Below are positions 7,233 to 11,626 of a DNA stretch of 11,626 nucleotides, piece after piece. Each line of letters begins with the position of its first letter. Positions within the stretch are counted from its first letter, which is position 1. The notes beneath the pieces are model-generated. The model worked only from the letters and a program-made list of their open reading frames with translations, had not been told where the DNA came from and searched no databases. Source of the stretch: a bacterium (GTDB lineage: Bacteria; Eisenbacteria; RBG-16-71-46); assembly GCA_043779265.1 (NCBI GenBank), contig JAYWEM010000056.1, positions 1-11,626 on the forward strand. Direction: 5' to 3'. Made by a program: the position numbers and the translations under genes.

Positions 7233-8699
7233 TCAGCGCTCGAATCGAATCGGCACGAAGCGCGTGTTGCCGTTGGAGGTGACCAACAGCACGGCAGGCC
7301 GGTTCGACTTGCGTGCATCGGCGATCGCGGTCATCAGCTGTTCGGGAGAGTCGACCGGCTTGCGATTGACCTCCTCGATCACATCGTTCACTTGGAGTCC
7401 GCGCTCGGCCGCAAGGCTCTCCTCCTCGACTGCGATGACGCGGACGCCCGATTCGACCGAGAGTTCGCGCTTCTCGTCCGAACGCAGGCTCCGGACCGTG
7501 AGGCCCATCTCGCCCTGCTCGAGCTGCGGCGTGGCCGAGGCGACCGACTCGGGATTGCGATCCGTCAGGTTGACGGTCATCGGGATGCGCTTGCCGTCCC
7601 TCAGCACGACGATCGGCACCGAGCGACCCGTGGGCGTGTCGGCGACCTTCAATTGGAGTTTGCGCAGGTCATTCACCGCCTGGCCATCGAACTCGACGAT
7701 GACGTCGTTGCGCTTGACGCCCGCGCGCTCGGCCGGCGAACCCGGTTGCACCTGCTGGATGAGCACGCCATCGACGCTCGCGAGGCCGAATCCCTCGGCG
7801 ATGTCCGGCGTCATCGGCGCCAGGACCACGCCCATCATCGAACGACGGACCTTGCCGTTGGCTACCAGCTGATCCGCGACGTGCTTGGCGAGATTGATCG
7901 GGATGGCGAAGCCGATGCCCTGACCGCTCGTGTTGACCGCCGTGTTGATGCCGATCACCTCGCCGCGGATGTTGCAGAGCGGACCACCCGAGTTGCCGAA
8001 GTTGATCGAAGCATCCGTCTGGATGAAGTCCTGGTACATCGGCGTGCCGCCGAAGATGTTGAGGTTGTTGCGACCCTGCGCGCTCACGATGCCCACGGTC
8101 ACGGACCCGCGCAGTTCACCGAGAGGGTTGCCGATGGCGATCGCCCAGTCACCGACGCGCAGCTTCTCGCTGTCGCCGAGCGGCAGCACCGGCAGGTCAC
8201 TGGCGTTCTCGAGCTGGAGCACCGCGACGTCGGTCTCGGGGTCGGCTCCGACCACGGTCGCCTTGAATGATCGACGATCATTAAGCGTCACGCGGATCTC
8301 GGCCGCATCGCGTACCACGTGGTTGTTGGTGAGCACACGGCCCTTGCGGTCGATGATGAAACCAGAGCCCGACGAGGGCGCGCGCTCGCGCTGGCGCGAG
8401 TCGTCGCCGAAGAAGCGACGCATGATGTCGCTGCCGGGATCACGTCCCCCCGGAGTCGACTTGCGCGTGGCCTCGATGAACACGACTGCCGGAAGCGCCT
8501 TGTCGACGACACTGACGAATGGACTCTCGAGCGGGGCCTCACGGCTGACGGTGGCCGCCAGTTGCGTGTCATCGGCGCGTGAGAGACTCGGGACACCCAG
8601 TCCCGCACTGATGCCGAGCCCCAGAACCAGACCGGCCAGAATCAGCGCGGCGGCGCCGAGGAAATAGCTGCGAGGGCGGATCATCGGTTGAGATTGCAT
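7233..8699 (-). CDS. degP: Do/DegP/HtrA-family periplasmic serine endopeptidase with two PDZ domains, 488 aa
   Basis: Start re-called at ATG 8699 (GGAGG SD upstream). N-terminal hydrophobic segment, SGSGFII, catalytic triad TNNHVV / ETDVAVL / INFGNSGGPL, IQTDASIN, GIGFAIP, and two PDZ domains (GSPAERAGVKRNDVI; SLAAERGLQVNDVIEEVN). DegP versus DegQ cannot be resolved from sequence. Confidence 0.95.
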   Translation of the reverse strand: MQSQPMIRPRSYFLGAAALILAGLVLGLGISAGLGVPSLSRADDTQLAATVSREAPLESPFVSVVDKALPAVVFIEATRKSTPGGRDPGSDIMRRFFGDDSRQRERAPSSGSGFIIDRKGRVLTNNHVVRDAAEIRVTLNDRRSFKATVVGADPETDVAVLQLENASDLPVLPLGDSEKLRVGDWAIAIGNPLGELRGSVTVGIVSAQGRNNLNIFGGTPMYQDFIQTDASINFGNSGGPLCNIRGEVIGINTAVNTSGQGIGFAIPINLAKHVADQLVANGKVRRSMMGVVLAPMTPDIAEGFGLASVDGVLIQQVQPGSPAERAGVKRNDVIVEFDGQAVNDLRKLQLKVADTPTGRSVPIVVLRDGKRIPMTVNLTDRNPESVASATPQLEQGEMGLTVRSLRSDEKRELSVESGVRVIAVEEESLAAERGLQVNDVIEEVNRKPVDSPEQLMTAIADARKSNRPAVLLVTSNGNTRFVPIRFER

Positions 8700-8870
8700 C
8701 GTGTTCCTCCGGGGACTGCGATCGAGAGCAGGAACGGGCGGTGCGTCACCCGTGGGACTATGCACGAACGGGGCCGCGACCCGACAAGACTACGCGCGGA
8801 GCCGGCCAGAGGGCAGCGGTCGCCGGTCCAGCGACCGTCAACCCTGCCTGCGGTGCTCCATCTGTGCATT

Positions 8871-8898
8871 TCAGACGCCCCAGCATGCCCGAAGGTTC
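8871..8898 (-). promoter_or_regulatory. Putative sigmaE/ECF-type promoter for degP
   Basis: Minus strand GAACCT (8898-8893), 17-bp spacer, TCTGA (8875-8871), in the context cGTCTGAa. Close to the RpoE/AlgU consensus GAACTT-N16/17-TCTGA and correctly oriented toward degP. Confidence 0.6.
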
Positions 8899-8957
8899 TG
8901 TCCCAGGCGTGCCCTGCCCCACGGACGCGGCGAGAAGCCCCACCGCTGCAGGGCGCT

Positions 8958-8996
8958 GTGAAGCGGGCGTGAAGGGCGTGTCGCGAGGGCGTGAAG
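8958..8996. promoter_or_regulatory. Helically phased GTGAAG direct repeats (candidate transcription-factor site)
   Basis: GTGAAG at 8958-8963, 8969-8974 and 8991-8996, i.e. offsets of 11 and 22 bp. Confidence 0.45.
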
Positions 8997-9010
8997 TAAC
9001 ATGCGCCGCC

Positions 9011-9739
9011 ATGTCCTCCGACCATCTGTTCTTCGTCTCCGACGCCCACCTCGGCGCTCGCTCCGCTGTGGACGAAGCGCCGCAGCGGTCGCGTTTCCAC
9101 GACTTCCTCGCCACGCTCCCCGGCCGGGCGAAGACGCTCTACATCGTCGGTGACCTGTTCGACTTCTGGTTCGAGTACCGAACCGCGATCCCGCGCGACC
9201 TCTTCCCCACGCTCGCCGCGCTCGATCGACTGCGAATCGGCGGCGTCGAGATCGTGTACCTGAACGGCAACCACGATTTCTGGCTCGGTCCGTTCCTGAG
9301 GGACACACTCGGCATCCGCACCGTCGATGGTGCCTGCCCTGTCGAAGCGCAGGGTCGCCGACTGTGGCTGCACCATGGCGACGGACTGGTCGGCGGGGAT
9401 CTCGGGTACAAGGTGCTGCGGCGAGTCCTTCGCAGTCCGATCTCGGTGCGGCTCTACCAGCTTCTGCACCCCGACCTCGGCATCCCACTCGCGCATGCCG
9501 TCTCGGAGCTATCACGCCGCTCACGCGGCCACGGGCCGCTCGAACCCGAGCGCCTGTGGCGGGAGATCGCCCAGCCGCGATTCGACGAGGGCTACGATGC
9601 CGTGCTCGTCGGCCACTTCCACCGCGTGCACGAGCAGCGCGACGGGAACCGTCAGTTCATCGTGCTCGGCGACTGGATCGACCACTTCACCTACGCGGAA
9701 CTGGCGAACGGTGAGTTGGTGCTGAAGCACTGGGAGTAG
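9011..9739 (+). CDS. lpxH: UDP-2,3-diacylglucosamine diphosphatase (LpxH-like calcineurin-type metallophosphoesterase), 242 aa
   Basis: Start re-called at ATG 9011. Motifs FVSDAHLG, IVGDLFDFWFEY, NGNHDFW, LHHGDGL, VGHFH and LGDW match the LpxH/YbbF family (GNHD variant rather than E. coli GNRD). Confidence 0.85.
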   Translation: MSSDHLFFVSDAHLGARSAVDEAPQRSRFHDFLATLPGRAKTLYIVGDLFDFWFEYRTAIPRDLFPTLAALDRLRIGGVEIVYLNGNHDFWLGPFLRDTLGIRTVDGACPVEAQGRRLWLHHGDGLVGGDLGYKVLRRVLRSPISVRLYQLLHPDLGIPLAHAVSELSRRSRGHGPLEPERLWREIAQPRFDEGYDAVLVGHFHRVHEQRDGNRQFIVLGDWIDHFTYAELANGELVLKHWE

Positions 9740-9760
9740 CGTCGGCGCGACGCGTTGTTC
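9739..9760 (+). terminator. Possible weak intrinsic terminator after lpxH
   Basis: GCGTCG-gcg-CGACGC (9739-9753) followed by GTTGTTC, in the 20-bp gap between convergent stop codons. Confidence 0.3.
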
Positions 9761-10674
9761 TAGAAGCGCGCCGAGAAGCTGAACCGGTGCGTGTCGGCCA
9801 GGTCGAGCTTGGACGGGACGAACGCGTAGTCCACGGCGTAAGCCCTGGCTGCGTAACCCACGCCGAAGCTCGCGGTCGCCAGGTCGTCGTTCATGCGAAG
9901 GCCCGCCCGCAGCGACGCGCCGATCGGCGAGGCCAGTTCCGCTCCGAGGGCGACCACTCCCGGGCGCCCCACCGTGAGGCGCGAGTCGAGCGCGCCGAGC
10001 AACGTCAGGGTGCCGAGACCTCGGCTCGCCGAAACGCCGCCGTGCAGAGCGAGCGGCAGTCCGACGTCGCGACCGGGCACGCCATCGAGCGTGTACTGCG
10101 CCGCCGGCCCGAGGTTCTGGATCGCGAGCGCAGCTCGGACCCCGCCCCAGGACTCCGGCGCGAAGGCCGCACCCATGTCCACGCCCCAGGTGTCCGCCGA
10201 GAGCTCCGCCAGACGCTCGCGCACGAACTGGCCCGAGACACCGCCGCTCAGACCACCGCCCAGGTCGAAGCCGTAGCCAAGTCCGAACTGCAGGTCATGC
10301 GAACCGAACGTGCCGATCAGATTGCCCAGTTCGTCGCGCTGCTCGATGGGCTCGGAGTACAGCGAGCGCAGCGAGGCCGCGACGCCTCCGCCGAACAACT
10401 GGCCTGCGAGGACGAACTGATCCTGTCGCAGCGATTCGATCCACTCGTAGTGGGTCCCCGAGATCTCGGTGCGCTCGGTTCCGAGCAGTCCCGCCGGATT
10501 CCAGAATGCGGCCTCCGCGCCCTTGGCCACGGCCGCATAGGCACCGCCCATCGCCGAGGCACGCGCGCCGACGGGGACCTCGAGGAACGCGAAGCCGGGA
10601 GGAGCAGCCACAGCGGGCACGGCGAGGAACGAGGCGAGCGAGAGGGCCGAGGCCAGGAGCAGACGACGGATCAC
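9760..10674 (-). CDS. PorV/PorQ-family (UPF0164-like, FadL-superfamily) outer-membrane beta-barrel protein, 304 aa
   Basis: Start re-called at GTG 10674 (GGAG upstream; signal peptide ending AVA-APP). Family signature FAFLEVPVGARASAMGGAY...AAFWNPAGL, alternating beta-strands, VDYAF, and C-terminal THRFSFSARF ending in Phe (beta-signal). Confidence 0.88.
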   Translation of the reverse strand: MIRRLLLASALSLASFLAVPAVAAPPGFAFLEVPVGARASAMGGAYAAVAKGAEAAFWNPAGLLGTERTEISGTHYEWIESLRQDQFVLAGQLFGGGVAASLRSLYSEPIEQRDELGNLIGTFGSHDLQFGLGYGFDLGGGLSGGVSGQFVRERLAELSADTWGVDMGAAFAPESWGGVRAALAIQNLGPAAQYTLDGVPGRDVGLPLALHGGVSASRGLGTLTLLGALDSRLTVGRPGVVALGAELASPIGASLRAGLRMNDDLATASFGVGYAARAYAVDYAFVPSKLDLADTHRFSFSARF

Positions 10675-10779
10675 GTGGGGATCTCCAGACGAGGACACTG
10701 CAGGACGCTCGCGCGACGCGGCCGAACGGCCCCGTCGCGCGACGCGCACACCACTCTACAGGACGCGGGAGCGTACCTC

Positions 10780-11625
10780 TCAGCCCCGCCCCTTGCCTCC
10801 ACCACCACCGCCACCCTTGCCGCCATGGCCACCCTTGCCGCCACCACCACTTCCGCCCTTGCCGCCCGGATCGTCGTCGTGGGCCGGCTTGTCCTTGGGC
10901 GGAGGTGCATCGGGCTTACGTGAGGGCTCTCGGCGAGGCTCCTCTCGAGACGGCTTCGAGGGCTCCTCGGGCTTGTCACGTGGCTCCCAGCGCGGCGACT
11001 CGCGGCGGCCGCGGCCTTCGTCGCGTGTGGGCCTCTCGATCCGCTCGCCGTCCTCACGTGGCGCCGGCTTGACCGGCCCTCGCTCCGGACGGCCCTTGAT
11101 CCCCTCGCGGGTCTCGGCCTCGCCCGAACCGACGCGCGTACGGCGGCCGATCGGCAGTGCCGCTCCATCGCGGCGCGGCCTTGGCGAGTCCATGTACCCA
11201 GGCGGCTTGTAGCGCGGTCCGCCGGGTCCGACGTCAGGCGTACGCCCACCACCGGCCCGCGGTCCCTGATAGCCGGCGGGAGGATCGCTCTTGATGCGGC
11301 GCAATGGCCCGCCCCACAGGTCGTTCCAACGGCGACGATCGTCCCATGAACTCAGCCGGATGCGCTGACCGTACCAATCACGGTAACGCGGCGGGCAATC
11401 CGAGCGGACGACGTAGTAGTAGTAGGGCACGTAGGTGGTCCACCCGCACGGCCCCCAGCACCACGACCAGTTCACACGCAGGTCGAAGACGCTGCAGGTC
11501 GTGTGATACGGGTCGAATCCGTCCCACCACTGCCAGCGGCTGCCCGAGTGGCAGTCGTAGCAGACGTAGCGCGGATAGCGGACCTGCTGATGCACGTAGT
11601 ACGTGGCGTACGAACTCGCGAAGTC
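10780..11625 (-). CDS. Hypothetical protein C-terminus (partial): CxxCH motif, Trp/Tyr-rich domain, charged/Pro-rich disordered region, Gly-Lys tail
   Basis: The frame stays open upstream of GTG 11595 to the window edge (DFASSYATYYVHQQVRYPRYVCYDCH...), so the true start is outside the window. Codon usage is GC3-rich; stop TGA at 10782-10780. Confidence 0.8.
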   Translation of the reverse strand, partial: DFASSYATYYVHQQVRYPRYVCYDCHSGSRWQWWDGFDPYHTTCSVFDLRVNWSWCWGPCGWTTYVPYYYYVVRSDCPPRYRDWYGQRIRLSSWDDRRRWNDLWGGPLRRIKSDPPAGYQGPRAGGGRTPDVGPGGPRYKPPGYMDSPRPRRDGAALPIGRRTRVGSGEAETREGIKGRPERGPVKPAPREDGERIERPTRDEGRGRRESPRWEPRDKPEEPSKPSREEPRREPSRKPDAPPPKDKPAHDDDPGGKGGSGGGGKGGHGGKGGGGGGGKGRG

Positions 11626-11626
11626 A

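Noticed and set aside
8757..8787. Second, sigma70-like degP promoter TTGTCG...CATAGT on the minus strand
   Set aside because: 19-bp spacer and a -10 lacking the first T; too weak to support.
8741..9010. 90-codon N-terminal extension of the lpxH ORF (and the 22-codon extension of degP)
   Set aside because: The family's first motif (SDAHLG) normally lies within a few residues of the N-terminus, and the extension runs through the divergent regulatory region.
10783..10870. ccaccaccgccacccttgccgcc-type repeats
   Set aside because: Coding low complexity (Gly-Lys tail of the CxxCH protein), not an independent DNA repeat element.
1..11626. Defence system, CRISPR array, mobile element, rRNA or tRNA
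   Set aside because: No repeat-spacer array, transposase/integrase/nuclease motifs, cloverleaf or rRNA-like segment seen; all long genes belong to recognisable housekeeping or envelope families and intergenic gaps are short.

Overview
GC-rich, gene-dense bacterial window holding a cell-envelope gene cluster from a diderm organism; LpxH-like and PorV/PorQ-like genes suggest an FCB-related lineage (inference). In order: a partial secreted protein (-, runs off the left edge); a zinc-ribbon/Pro-Glu linker/TM/TPR protein (-); an FkbM-family methyltransferase (+); a ~1190-aa secreted double 5'-nucleotidase/cyclic phosphodiesterase (+); an AMIN + Amidase_3 N-acetylmuramoyl-L-alanine amidase (-); a Do/DegP protease (-); an LpxH-like metallophosphoesterase (+); a PorV/PorQ-family beta-barrel (-); and a partial Trp/Tyr-rich CxxCH protein (-, runs off the right edge). 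I saw no rRNA, tRNA, CRISPR array or mobile element, and I cannot support a claim of a complete new system. The most interesting signals are: (1) three degenerate SLH-like repeats between the two nucleotidase modules; (2) the unannotated CxxCH protein directly upstream of the PorV-like barrel; (3) the degP/lpxH divergent region, with a sigmaE/ECF-like promoter, 11-bp-phased direct repeats and a probably leaderless lpxH; (4) a strong CUUG hairpin plus an SD-overlapping palindrome between degP and the amidase. All calls come from visual motif recognition; no searches were run.
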